The notes under the pieces were generated by a model that searched no databases, was not told the DNA's origin, and worked only from the letters and a program-made list of their open reading frames with translations. This document shows positions 1-9,600 of a stretch of DNA of 25,975 bases, in pieces (position 1 is the first letter of the stretch; each line of letters begins with the position of its first letter). This DNA is from a virus (lineage: Duplodnaviria; Caudoviricetes): IMG/VR virus record IMGVR_UViG_3300047561_000907, positions 1 through 25,975 of that record. One strand, given 5' to 3'. The translations under genes were made by a program, and so were the position numbers.

Positions 1-149
1 GTCAAGGGGGAAGCGGCGGGAAAGGAATTGTTATTATTCGTCATTCCGAATCCTTTAAGCAAGCAACTACTACTGGAAGTCCGACAATTACAACTTCTGG
101 CGGATTCAAGATTTACATTTTTAACGATTCTGGAACAATTATTTGGTAA
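1..149 (+). CDS. C-terminal fragment of glycine-rich tail fibre/virion protein (5' partial)
   Basis: Frame 3 reads QGGSGGKGIVIIRHSESFKQATTTGSPTITTSGGFKIYIFNDSGTIIW-stop (TAA 147-149). GGSGGxGIVIIR..TTGSPT..GG.KIY.F..SG is the usual end of phage Gly-rich domains. Not in the ORF track. Confidence 0.75.
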   Translation, partial: QGGSGGKGIVIIRHSESFKQATTTGSPTITTSGGFKIYIFNDSGTIIW

Positions 150-153
150 AGTT

Positions 154-531
154 ATGGGATATTTTGCACACATTAACGACCTTGGCATCGTGGAGAAAGT
201 TATTTCAATTAATAATTTAGTGCTTGGCGAGCCTGCCAATACTTTCCCAGGCACTGAACCCATTGGAGTTGACTTTATTTCCAATACACTTCAACTCGGC
301 GGGGCATGGAAACAGACAAGCTACAATAACTCTTTTAGGAAAAACTATGCTGGAATTGGCTATACATACGATTCAACAAGAGATGCGTTCATAGCTCCAA
401 AACCATATGCGTCTTGGATTCTTGATGAAGAAAGTTGCACCTGGAAAGCCCCAATTGAAAAGCCAGATGGCAATTACATTTGGGATGAAAGCGAACTAAA
501 ATGGAAAGAGATAACAAATGACATTAACTGA
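154..531 (+). CDS. conserved phage hypothetical protein accompanying Gly-rich fibre genes (possible fibre assembly factor)
   Basis: ATG at 154, just after the upstream stop, is preferred over the track start at 28. Motifs: MGYFAHI..., WKQTSYN.NFRKNYAGIGYTYD..RDAFI.PKPY.SW.LDE..C.W.AP. Confidence 0.75.
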   Translation: MGYFAHINDLGIVEKVISINNLVLGEPANTFPGTEPIGVDFISNTLQLGGAWKQTSYNNSFRKNYAGIGYTYDSTRDAFIAPKPYASWILDEESCTWKAPIEKPDGNYIWDESELKWKEITNDIN

Positions 532-1216
532 AATAGCTCAATACGCAGGAGAGAAAATAGGAAAAACTGATTCCGATACTTTGACGTTCCTGCAAAAATC
601 AGCATCCCTAAACTATCGCCGGGTATGGAACTTTGCTCCATGGCGCGAGAGCATCACAAACTCGACCTACTCAGTTTCAACTGCAACCAGGACAGTGTCA
701 CTTGGCTCCCTAGTCGAAAATCCCCTGTCCGTAGCTTACGGAGACAGCGAGTTATTATCTGTAGACCTTCAGACGATTGTAAGCCAAGACGCGGACTTGC
801 TTGATTCTGAAAGAACCGGGACCCCTACGCAATATTACTTTAAGGGCAGGAACACGTCCGGGACTGCTGAGATTGACCTATATCCGCTACTAAACACGAC
901 CAGCACAACGGCATTGAAGGTAATAGAAAAGGTTACTTGCATCACAAGACAAAATAACGTTGTTGAGTTTCCGCCGAGCTCTTCCGCTCTTACTGATGAA
1001 TTGCGCCTTCCCCATGTTCAACACGTTGTTCTGGCATTGACTCACGCCGATGCCCTGGAACGTGAACGGCAGTACGCTAAGGCGCAAGCAGTCGTGTCGA
1101 CCGCGAATGCAGACCTGGCGCAGATGGCACAGTACGAAATGAGCCAGGTCGGAGGAATAAAGGTAATCACCCCATCTAGCCTTGGGGAATACAGCATCAC
1201 AGATATAGGCGTCTAA
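518..1216 (+). CDS. putative head-tail adaptor / tail tubular protein A-like
   Basis: 232 aa. MTLTEI start, N-terminal helices, W.FAPW and GTPTQYY...IDLYP motifs, C-terminal helices. Lies directly before the nozzle-like gene. Confidence 0.6.
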   Translation: MTLTEIAQYAGEKIGKTDSDTLTFLQKSASLNYRRVWNFAPWRESITNSTYSVSTATRTVSLGSLVENPLSVAYGDSELLSVDLQTIVSQDADLLDSERTGTPTQYYFKGRNTSGTAEIDLYPLLNTTSTTALKVIEKVTCITRQNNVVEFPPSSSALTDELRLPHVQHVVLALTHADALERERQYAKAQAVVSTANADLAQMAQYEMSQVGGIKVITPSSLGEYSITDIGV

Positions 1217-1219
1217 TCC

Positions 1220-3070
1220 GTGCCCTATTTTCAAGATAATCTGGACGACGTTCTGTCGTTTGACGGAATCCGGAACTTTTCCGGAGGCCAGGCTAGTGGA
1301 CTGCAATCTGATCTTCTAGCAGAAAACCAGGTCAGGGAACTTGTAAACATGACCCTATCTCCAAAGGGTAACCTGGAGACAAGGACAGGAGCGACGGCAT
1401 TCTGCACAACTGCAACAAGCGAGATTGGTTCAATAGGTGGGATGAGATATTACGATACCGGATTAAATGAATATTTACTCACGGTAACGCAAGGAACATT
1501 CTACAGCATAGACTCGAATGGAAGCGCTGAAGCGCATGCGCCAGATCAAGAGTGGGGATCTGCAAGCGTACTATGGGATAATAGGAGCACAGAATGGGAG
1601 GACGGATTTTCAGCAGCAATCGATGCCCCTGTTTCAATGGCTCAGTTCAACGACAAAATGTACGCTGTCGACGGAGATGGTGATCTACACTATTTTAATG
1701 GAGTAACAGTTACGCGACAGGGTGCAAAATTAAGAGCTATAACTGTTACCTCTGGAGGATCTGGATATACGACTGCTACTGCTTTAGTTCAGTACCCAGG
1801 ACTAACAGGAACTGCACCGACTATCACAACAACTGTTGCTGGTGGTGCCGTGACAGCAGTAATCGTTGTCGACGGAGGGTCTGGATATAGCAGGGCCCCG
1901 AGCGTGACGATAGAGGGAGACGGCTCCGGGGCTACGGCAACGGCAACTGTAAGCACACCCCCAGAAAATCTAAGGATTTTAGTAAACACCGGGAACAGAT
2001 TATTTGCGGTTGGCTCAGGAGTGTATAGGAACACATTGTATTGCTCGGACATACTCGATGCATCGGTGTGGGATTCAGCAAATAGTGCCGTAATCAATGG
2101 AGACGACGGAGACGAAATAACTGCAATTGTTCCATACTATCAAAATAGAATTATCGTATTCAAGAAAAGAAGAGTATTTCAAGTAACAATACCTGAGACA
2201 ATGACGTCTGCTGCGGATTGGACGATATCACTCATATCAAATAATACAGGATGCGTTGCCGGGAATACAGCAGTCCAGGTGAGTAGCGATATATTCTTTC
2301 TTTCGGATAATGGCATTAGATCACTCGTCAGATCGGCTGCCGACGACTTTAGCTCAATTGGTATCCCAATATCAGAAGTTGTGAAGGACGTTATCCAGAG
2401 CATAAATCCTGCTAAAATTGCGATATCCACCGCGGCGTTTTACGACAACAGATATTTTCTAGCTATTCCAACCGGATCAAACGACTACAACGACACAATG
2501 TTGGTATATAATACTGCACTAAGCGCGTTTGAAGGAACATGGACTCCGCAAATAATGCAATTCACGCTTACTAATTTTGACGACCAGGGTCTTAGGCTTA
2601 CTGGTAAATCCACAACAGGATTGCTTCTTCAATACTTTGGATATAAGTCTCCGGACGCACTTACATCTTCGGATTATGCGGATAACGGAGAAACATACGA
2701 ATCTTCAGTCAGGACAAAGGATTTTAATTTTGGAGATCCGTTTTCGCTAAAATACGGATCGCATTTCGAGGTCATCTTTGACGACTCCTACTCGACCGAC
2801 GCCACCATATCGATACAGAGAGACATAGACGTTGGAGATATCGATGTTCAGCCAAATCTTAATATAGCCAGTTCAGTCCTTACGCTTGACTTCCAGCTTC
2901 CGGCAGTGCTTCCGACAAGTGTCAAAAAGAAGGTTGCCAGTGATCTTAGAAAGTACGAAAAGTGGAGGCTTCTTAATATTAAGATAACTAGCGCAGCCGG
3001 GAAAATGGCTATTAGGCAAATCACCGCGGCCTCCAATCCGGACACAATTGAGATACAGAAATCACTATGA
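1220..3070 (+). CDS. putative tail nozzle / DNA stabilization protein (tubular B or P22 gp10-like beta-propeller)
   Basis: 616 aa, GTG start. N-terminal F.GG...NM...PKG.L.TR.G, NRLFAVG...LYCSD, GDEITAI...IIVFK, GCVA..T...DIFFLS.NGIRSL and YDNRYFLAIP are typical of podovirus nozzle proteins. Confidence 0.7.
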   Translation: MPYFQDNLDDVLSFDGIRNFSGGQASGLQSDLLAENQVRELVNMTLSPKGNLETRTGATAFCTTATSEIGSIGGMRYYDTGLNEYLLTVTQGTFYSIDSNGSAEAHAPDQEWGSASVLWDNRSTEWEDGFSAAIDAPVSMAQFNDKMYAVDGDGDLHYFNGVTVTRQGAKLRAITVTSGGSGYTTATALVQYPGLTGTAPTITTTVAGGAVTAVIVVDGGSGYSRAPSVTIEGDGSGATATATVSTPPENLRILVNTGNRLFAVGSGVYRNTLYCSDILDASVWDSANSAVINGDDGDEITAIVPYYQNRIIVFKKRRVFQVTIPETMTSAADWTISLISNNTGCVAGNTAVQVSSDIFFLSDNGIRSLVRSAADDFSSIGIPISEVVKDVIQSINPAKIAISTAAFYDNRYFLAIPTGSNDYNDTMLVYNTALSAFEGTWTPQIMQFTLTNFDDQGLRLTGKSTTGLLLQYFGYKSPDALTSSDYADNGETYESSVRTKDFNFGDPFSLKYGSHFEVIFDDSYSTDATISIQRDIDVGDIDVQPNLNIASSVLTLDFQLPAVLPTSVKKKVASDLRKYEKWRLLNIKITSAAGKMAIRQITAASNPDTIEIQKSL

Positions 3071-3435
3071 CCGCTATAGAATATATCGAAGCGTCCGGGG
3101 TTCCAGAAGGCATGTGGCACAACCTAGCTGATTGGTTTAATTGGTTTGATAGGCAGGGCATGGTTGGGATCGTTGAGGACTCAGATGGCATCGCCGGGTT
3201 GGCTTTAGCCAGGTGCCTTAAAGAGGGCCAGAAGCCTGACCACTACATTCATTCTGAGGATGGGGACAATGTCTTCGTAGACTTGACGATATCCTCAAAA
3301 GGTGCTATCTCCTTGAGGTGCCTGTTGCTTCTCCTTTGGGAGCGTTTTGGCATTCGTAAGCGTATTACGTTTAACCGTTCCGGAATATCCAGGAGTTATG
3401 ATTATATGAAGTTCATGAAAAAGGCTAGGGTTTAA
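3067..3435 (+). CDS. putative GNAT-fold virion morphogenesis protein
   Basis: 122 aa, ATGA overlap with the nozzle gene. Occupies the slot of T7 gp13/P22 gp14-like genes between nozzle and ejection genes; alpha/beta pattern GIAGLALAR...VFVDL. Confidence 0.45.
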   Translation: MTAIEYIEASGVPEGMWHNLADWFNWFDRQGMVGIVEDSDGIAGLALARCLKEGQKPDHYIHSEDGDNVFVDLTISSKGAISLRCLLLLLWERFGIRKRITFNRSGISRSYDYMKFMKKARV

Positions 3436-3436
3436 T

Positions 3437-3922
3437 ATGGGTGGAGCACCATCTGTTCCGGCACCTCCTCCTCCGCCAGATCCGGCAGCGGTAGCGCAGG
3501 CCAATGCGGCTGCGTATAGAATGAATATTGATACATATATCGAAAAAGCTCCGGCAATGGCAGATCTCGAAAACAAATTACGCATCCAGTATATGCCACA
3601 ACAACGCTCCCTGGAGCGTCAGTTGTCGGCACTTGACCAGCAGTCCGGGGTGCAGGCAGGGATGCAACTTGAGCGCCAATATGGTCCTCAGAGATCTCTC
3701 GAGGCATTGCGCAGACAATATGAGACTAGCCCACAGGCATACGCCTTAAACCGGGGTCTTGGTGATCAAATGACAAAGCAATTTGAGCGCCTATACGGAA
3801 CTAGCCCATACGGTTCCGTTGAGCAGAATGTGGCGTTTAATCGCCAACCTGGACCAGTTGATTTATACGGATCAATTGGAAAAGATATTCAGAATCCAAG
3901 TTTAACAGTTGGTACAAAATAA
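3437..3922 (+). CDS. putative DNA ejection/pilot protein
   Basis: MGGAPSVPAPPPPPDPAAVAQAN start; Q/A-rich helical composition; position after nozzle and GNAT genes. Confidence 0.6.
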   Translation: MGGAPSVPAPPPPPDPAAVAQANAAAYRMNIDTYIEKAPAMADLENKLRIQYMPQQRSLERQLSALDQQSGVQAGMQLERQYGPQRSLEALRRQYETSPQAYALNRGLGDQMTKQFERLYGTSPYGSVEQNVAFNRQPGPVDLYGSIGKDIQNPSLTVGTK

Positions 3923-3923
3923 T

Positions 3924-5645
3924 ATGGCTACTTACGACAGAATACAGTACACCGTCGACAAAGATGGGAATATAGTAGAAAATGTTAAGCAGTGGGATGA
4001 TAGGACTTGGGGCGGAGTTTGGGAGATCAATGGGGTTACTGGATCTAGAAAAGATCCGGGAGCTTTCTTTTCCGAGCTTGAAAGAAAAGAAGGTGTAGAT
4101 CGCACTTCAGCATTGCAAAAAAGCAATGAAATAAAAATGGCAAAGCTTCAAGAAAAGGTTGACAAGCAACTATCAGATGAGACAAACAAAAACTCACTTG
4201 CCTCTCAAATTAGGGAACTTGCTGGAGATCGCATGGGGGTAAACAATCCTAATGTTGGTCAAGGTGTGAACGACGCATTGGCTCAACTTTCAGCCGGGCG
4301 TAATTACGGATCATCCGATCTCGCGAACAAATTGAACTTCCAGGTTTCCGACGAGCAAATTATTGACGACTATAACAATTCAAAAATGTCCAGACTGAAT
4401 AGCGTTATTGACCGCGGGAATGCTCAAATTGCTGGAATTACTGAACGATTAAAGACAGCGAACGACCTCCTTTCCGGCCTTTCTGAGGATTCGGCGCAAC
4501 GCAAATCATCGCAGATGTTTATTAATCAACTCAACGATGATCTAAAGAGCGTCACAAGCGCAGTTACAAGCGCTCAGGACATGCAAAAGAATTTTTCTCC
4601 GATTACGATGGATAGTCCAGACGGATTGAAGGAGATCACGTCCTTCAGATCGTTTATGCAGTTGCCGGAGGAACGAGCCTCGCAACAGCTTTATCAAATT
4701 GACCCGGATTCTTACAGAACTTCTGTTAGTCTAGGCCAGCAGTACAGGGATATGGCTACTCAGCCGATTGGCCCCACAACCACACCGGAAACTGAGCAAC
4801 TTCGCAAGACCATTGAAGAAGAGGCGATGAACCAACTTCGGCTTGGATCTACGATCGGAGCCGAAGAGCGTCGCGGTTACGAGCAGGCAATCCGAGGGGC
4901 ACAGACTGCCCGGGGCAACATCTTCGGACTTGGACCAGCAGTGCAAGAGGCTGCGCAGATTGGCGCGGCCGGAGAGCAACGCAAGCTGGCACGGTTTGGT
5001 GCCGCGCAACAGTTCCTTGGATCTGGCGAAACGTCCGGCGCGGCCAAGGCCCGGGATCTTTTACTTCGTGAAGGCATCCAGCAGAACAGGCTTGGGGCCG
5101 CGTCAGGATTCATTGCTGGAGGACCTTCAATCTATAACTTGGCTAACCAACGCACGGCACAACAGCAAGGTGCGATGCAGGGCTACATCCAGGCCAACCA
5201 GGCTTTACCTGGTGGATTCAATCAGCAGGCATCTACCGCTGCGCCTTTCTACCAAGCAGTTGATCAACAGATTCCTGTCCAACTTACAAATGCGTTTAAC
5301 CAGCTTTATCGCTCACAGGCCGACTACCAAGCTAGCACATACGGAGCTCAGGTGTCGGCCCAGGCTAGCCAGAATAATGCAAATTCTATTCCGAACTATC
5401 TAAACGCAGGAGCAAACCTTATTGGCGGGTTGGCTCCAAAAGGAATATTCTGCTGGGTAGCAAGAGAAGTTTACGGTGAAGACAATCCCAAGTGGTTGCA
5501 ATTTAGAGAATGGATGCTGACTAAGGCGTCCGATAATCTGAGAAACTTCTACACTGAATACGGAGAAAGAATTGCAGAATCGATACGCAACAAACCGAAA
5601 ATTAAATCAATCATCCGTAAGTGGATGGACAGCAAGATAGGATAA
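3924..5645 (+). CDS. putative DNA ejection protein with C-terminal CWVAREVYG domain
   Basis: ATG 3924 preferred, immediately after the stop at 3922. Q/A/G-rich helical body with R..Q.ARGN..G motif; globular C-terminal domain FCWVAREVYG..NPKW..FREW. Confidence 0.65.
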   Translation: MATYDRIQYTVDKDGNIVENVKQWDDRTWGGVWEINGVTGSRKDPGAFFSELERKEGVDRTSALQKSNEIKMAKLQEKVDKQLSDETNKNSLASQIRELAGDRMGVNNPNVGQGVNDALAQLSAGRNYGSSDLANKLNFQVSDEQIIDDYNNSKMSRLNSVIDRGNAQIAGITERLKTANDLLSGLSEDSAQRKSSQMFINQLNDDLKSVTSAVTSAQDMQKNFSPITMDSPDGLKEITSFRSFMQLPEERASQQLYQIDPDSYRTSVSLGQQYRDMATQPIGPTTTPETEQLRKTIEEEAMNQLRLGSTIGAEERRGYEQAIRGAQTARGNIFGLGPAVQEAAQIGAAGEQRKLARFGAAQQFLGSGETSGAAKARDLLLREGIQQNRLGAASGFIAGGPSIYNLANQRTAQQQGAMQGYIQANQALPGGFNQQASTAAPFYQAVDQQIPVQLTNAFNQLYRSQADYQASTYGAQVSAQASQNNANSIPNYLNAGANLIGGLAPKGIFCWVAREVYGEDNPKWLQFREWMLTKASDNLRNFYTEYGERIAESIRNKPKIKSIIRKWMDSKIG

Positions 5646-5649
5646 TTTT

Positions 5650-6609
5650 ATGGCAAGTGATAGACCATTAATTCCAATGCCTTGGCAGGCTGAAGAGTAC
5701 AGGAAAGAAGATGCTCGCCAGGCGATGGAGGATCAAGATCGCGCGCTTCGCGTTGAAATACTGAAGCAAAAACTTTATCCAGAACAAGAAGCTAAGAGAG
5801 TTGGTCAGGCCCTTATGGCATCGAGCGATCCTGTCGAGCAGGCCGCGCTAATGAACAGACTTTCAGAGACTACCGGAACAAGGACTGCACCAGGAACAAG
5901 CATTGTAGTTCCAGCCGGACTACCGGAAGAACTTGTTGACTCTTACGTCGATCGTCAGGTTAACAAGGTAAAGTATTACAAAGAGAAGGCAATGATGGAA
6001 CCAGATCCAGAAAAGCGTAGAATCATGATGAACGTAGCAGATGCCGGAGAAAAAGCGCTTATCGCCAAGGGCAAGGAATTAACTCAGGCAGATTTTGCAT
6101 TTGAGTCAAATATTCGCGATGCAGTTCGCATGGCAGATGAGATGGAAAATGCAGTAAAAAAGTACGGTAATTACGAAACTGTCGACCCAGAAGGATCCGC
6201 TGCGCTGGGCCAGCTTCCGTATCTGTTTGCAGTGTCATTGGCAAAAGTTATCGACCCAGGATCTGTAGCCAGAGAAGGCGAAGTCGAGGCCGCGAAGAGA
6301 TTTGCAATTCCGATGGGAACAACTCCTGTATCTCTTGGATTTAACAACAGACTCACCGGGCCAACTACAGCAACAACACTTTCCGCAATTTCGCAAATGA
6401 AAAATAGGCTGAAAGCAAAAGCTGAAGACTATAAAAGTATTTCTGGCAGAACTGTAGAACTTCCCAAATCGCACCAAGCAAACCAGGCGCAAGCGCAACA
6501 ACAGTCTGGACAACAAGCAATGCCACAGCAACCCGCGCAACAACCGATGAGTCCGTCAGGATTTGGAGGATACGATCCTCGTACTCGCAAGGTAATTCAA
6601 AACCGCTAG
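5650..6609 (+). CDS. putative DNA ejection/internal virion protein
   Basis: 319 aa, helical, with KVIDPGSVAREGE motif and Q-rich C-terminal tail; lies between ejection genes. Confidence 0.6.
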   Translation: MASDRPLIPMPWQAEEYRKEDARQAMEDQDRALRVEILKQKLYPEQEAKRVGQALMASSDPVEQAALMNRLSETTGTRTAPGTSIVVPAGLPEELVDSYVDRQVNKVKYYKEKAMMEPDPEKRRIMMNVADAGEKALIAKGKELTQADFAFESNIRDAVRMADEMENAVKKYGNYETVDPEGSAALGQLPYLFAVSLAKVIDPGSVAREGEVEAAKRFAIPMGTTPVSLGFNNRLTGPTTATTLSAISQMKNRLKAKAEDYKSISGRTVELPKSHQANQAQAQQQSGQQAMPQQPAQQPMSPSGFGGYDPRTRKVIQNR

Positions 6610-6615
6610 TCGGTC

Positions 6616-9600
6616 ATGGCCGACGAAATCATCCAGGACCCATTGGAGGCAGCAAATTATTTGCTGCGCCAGTACCGCGACAATCCTAATTTTGAGTTCA
6701 CGCAAGAAGAAGCGTCGTTAGTTCATAACGCCTACAAAGGCGGAGTTTCATTTGTTGACTCTAAGCCAGTGATGGACGAGGCGTCGACCTCGTCATTCCT
6801 AAGATCTCAAGACGAATCAGATCCTTCGTTCATAGCTAGCGAAGAAGAATTTTCAATTCTCAAGGCTACTGAGCCTGGAGCGATCAGCAGAATTGGGGCG
6901 GGAATGACCGGGGCCGCGGAATATTTTGGCCCTGTAATTAAAGAAGGCATTCCGGAGTTAATCAAAACGGCATCGATGCGTGAGCCAAGGCCCGGAGAGC
7001 AACCCACGTCTCTCCCAGCTACACTGCTTGAGGCCGGGGCCAGGGGCACAATGGACTTGGGAATGATGGCAGTTGGTGCATCGAAATTCATCGAAAAGGC
7101 ACCTTATATGGCGGCCGGAGCGCTCGGAATGCAGGACGACTACAAGTCGTACTTAAACCAAAAGACCATCGACCAGAACTATCAGATGCAGGCAGTTGAC
7201 AAGATCAACGCCGAAAGAGCACAAGGGAAAAGCATTATAGGATTACCCGAAGGAACATTCGCACCAAAGGCCGCGGAGGCCGCGAGCATGGTCCTAGATC
7301 CTACGCTTGCAGTTCCATTTATTGGACCAGGAGCCAAGGCGACCGGAGTTGCCGGGCGCGGATTGAAGGCAACATCCAAAATTGCAGGAGGACTTGAGAC
7401 CGCGGCCAGGGCAACAGGCGGAGCCATTGATCTTGGAGTCGAAAAGGTTGGGCAAGGCATTCAGCGCGTTCTGCCTGGCGTGACTGCTCCAAGGACCGCA
7501 GGAGCAATCGCCACAGGGGCGGCCGCAATAGGTATCCCCGGGGCATTCCCAATTGGGGCCAAGATTGCCGGGGTCAGGGCCGGAGCAGAAGCCGTTGAGC
7601 GAGGAGCCCAGGCAGTGCGCATCGCCGGAGAAGAAGCCATGACAGGACCGTCCAGGATGACCGTCATGGAGCGGGTTGCAAAGAATCAGAAGAATCCTGA
7701 GTGGCTTAGAAAGGCCGCGAACAATTCGATCGTATCGTCTCCAATTACTCAGGGGGCCGCGGAACTTGGCCTGGAGACAGGCAAAGGAGCGGTTAAATCT
7801 GCGGCCGTCGGCGCAGGGTTGGGGTATGTGGCGTCCGGAGGTGAGGAGGAAGGTATCGGAGGTGGGTTGGTTATTGGTGGGGGATTAGGAGCAGTCGGAG
7901 GAGGAATCAAGGGCATCACAGAGATTCCGGCAAAGAAAGCGCTAGCCAAGCAGGGAGACGTTAACAGGCTTTTCAAAAGGCAGATGGATCTTGGGTTAGA
8001 CGTAGGAAAAATTTCAGACTATATCAGAAAAGACAATCGGCCCTTCCTGGACGCGGCGACTCTTCAGATGATGGCACCGGACGTCCAGGTTGAGTTCCAT
8101 GGGCGCGATTCGTTCATGATGCCCGAGAATGCCGGGATCAACGCAGCCGGAGTTGTTAAAGCAATTCCAGACAAGTCAGGGACGACAAGACTTTTGGTTA
8201 ACATGGACGACATGAGAGCATCCGGAGATACGGTTAAGCATGAGATCATGCATGCGATCATGAAATCTCCGGCAATCAATAAGGCTGAAGGTAGGATGGC
8301 AGTTATGTCTGAGTATGGTGAAGAGGGCCTGCGCAGATTTGGGAACGAGTACGCCAGGAAACTTTTGGAAGGCGAGAGACAGGGTCGCGGTACACCTACT
8401 GAGGCAGAGGTCCGGGCGAAGGCAAACGAGCTCAGGGAAGGATCTCAGCGGTCCGAGCCTGGCGCCGGAGACCTGGATTGGATCGCAGACGAGGTCCTGG
8501 CAGAGCAGTTTGTGGGGGAATTCCGAGGAAAAGATCTTGACTCTCTCAGGCGCAAAACTCTTCCTGGTACAGATCTGCTCTCGCTCCAGGAAGGATACCT
8601 GGCCCCGGTGGGAAGACTCCTGGCTAAATTTGGGATCGATACGACAGTGCCTAAACCGACGAATATTGACACGCTTTTCAAAGACAATCCACTGGTTCCG
8701 TCGAAGCAACTGCGAGAACTGACTACAAGATGGTTCCGGGATCGGGACAAGTATCTTGACGGACTCGACAAGGCCGAAAAGCAGAAGGACGTAGTACTTA
8801 CCCCGGGAGCCGGGAACAGGAATCTTGCTAATAATCCTGCAATCAAATTTACTCGCAACAGAAAGACGAATCTTGAGGAAAACGATTTTGCTGTAAAGTT
8901 CCCGGACGGTACGGTCAGGGCTAAAGATCCGGCGTCGATCCTGGCAGTAGACAAGGCCCGGGTGGCAGACGTCTCCAAGATGTACGATTCAAGTGCTGTC
9001 CTGGAGCGCGGTAGTCCTGAGTTTGGAGTGAAGATTCAGTCAGACGGCAAGCCATATGTCGGCGGACCGAAGCTACCAGAAGGATTCTATAGCCTGGACA
9101 GTTTCAATGATTTTACCAAGGAAGTCGCCAAGACGCTCGAAGACAGTCGTCAACAGGGCAAGACATATTCTGTCTGGTACCAAAAGATCGGCACAGGCGA
9201 GGACGGTAGCTGGGCTCAATCTGTTAAGCGCGGACTAGGAAACATTAAGGTAGGACAATCTGAGATTGCGTTCCTTGGTTGGCGCCTGTCCAAGGCCGGG
9301 AACATCCTGGCGCAGGCAGTAGATATCACTGCTCTCCGAGGTCGCATGCTGGATTTTGCAAGGTCCGGCAAAGGTCGCATTAACGAGATTTGGGGCGGAG
9401 ACTTGGCGTCATACGAGAAGGACGTCATGAAGTATTTGGATAATCATGCCAACAGTCTTCCTGGCGACAATGGGTTGGGGACAGCAAAGCGCGACGCGAT
9501 CAATTATCTTTTTGGAATCACTAACCAGGCAAATAAGGGAATCAATCCAATGTACTCCGAAGGTCGTCCTCCAGGGAGCCTTGTCAAATCCTATCGCCTG

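Noticed and set aside
28-153. N-terminal extension of the first listed ORF
   Set aside because: This span is better explained by the frame-3 Gly-rich fibre C-terminus ending at 149.
4843-5403. 186-aa alternate-frame ORF in the ejection gene
   Set aside because: TTG start without RBS; composition is what the shifted frame of a Q/A-rich gene would give.
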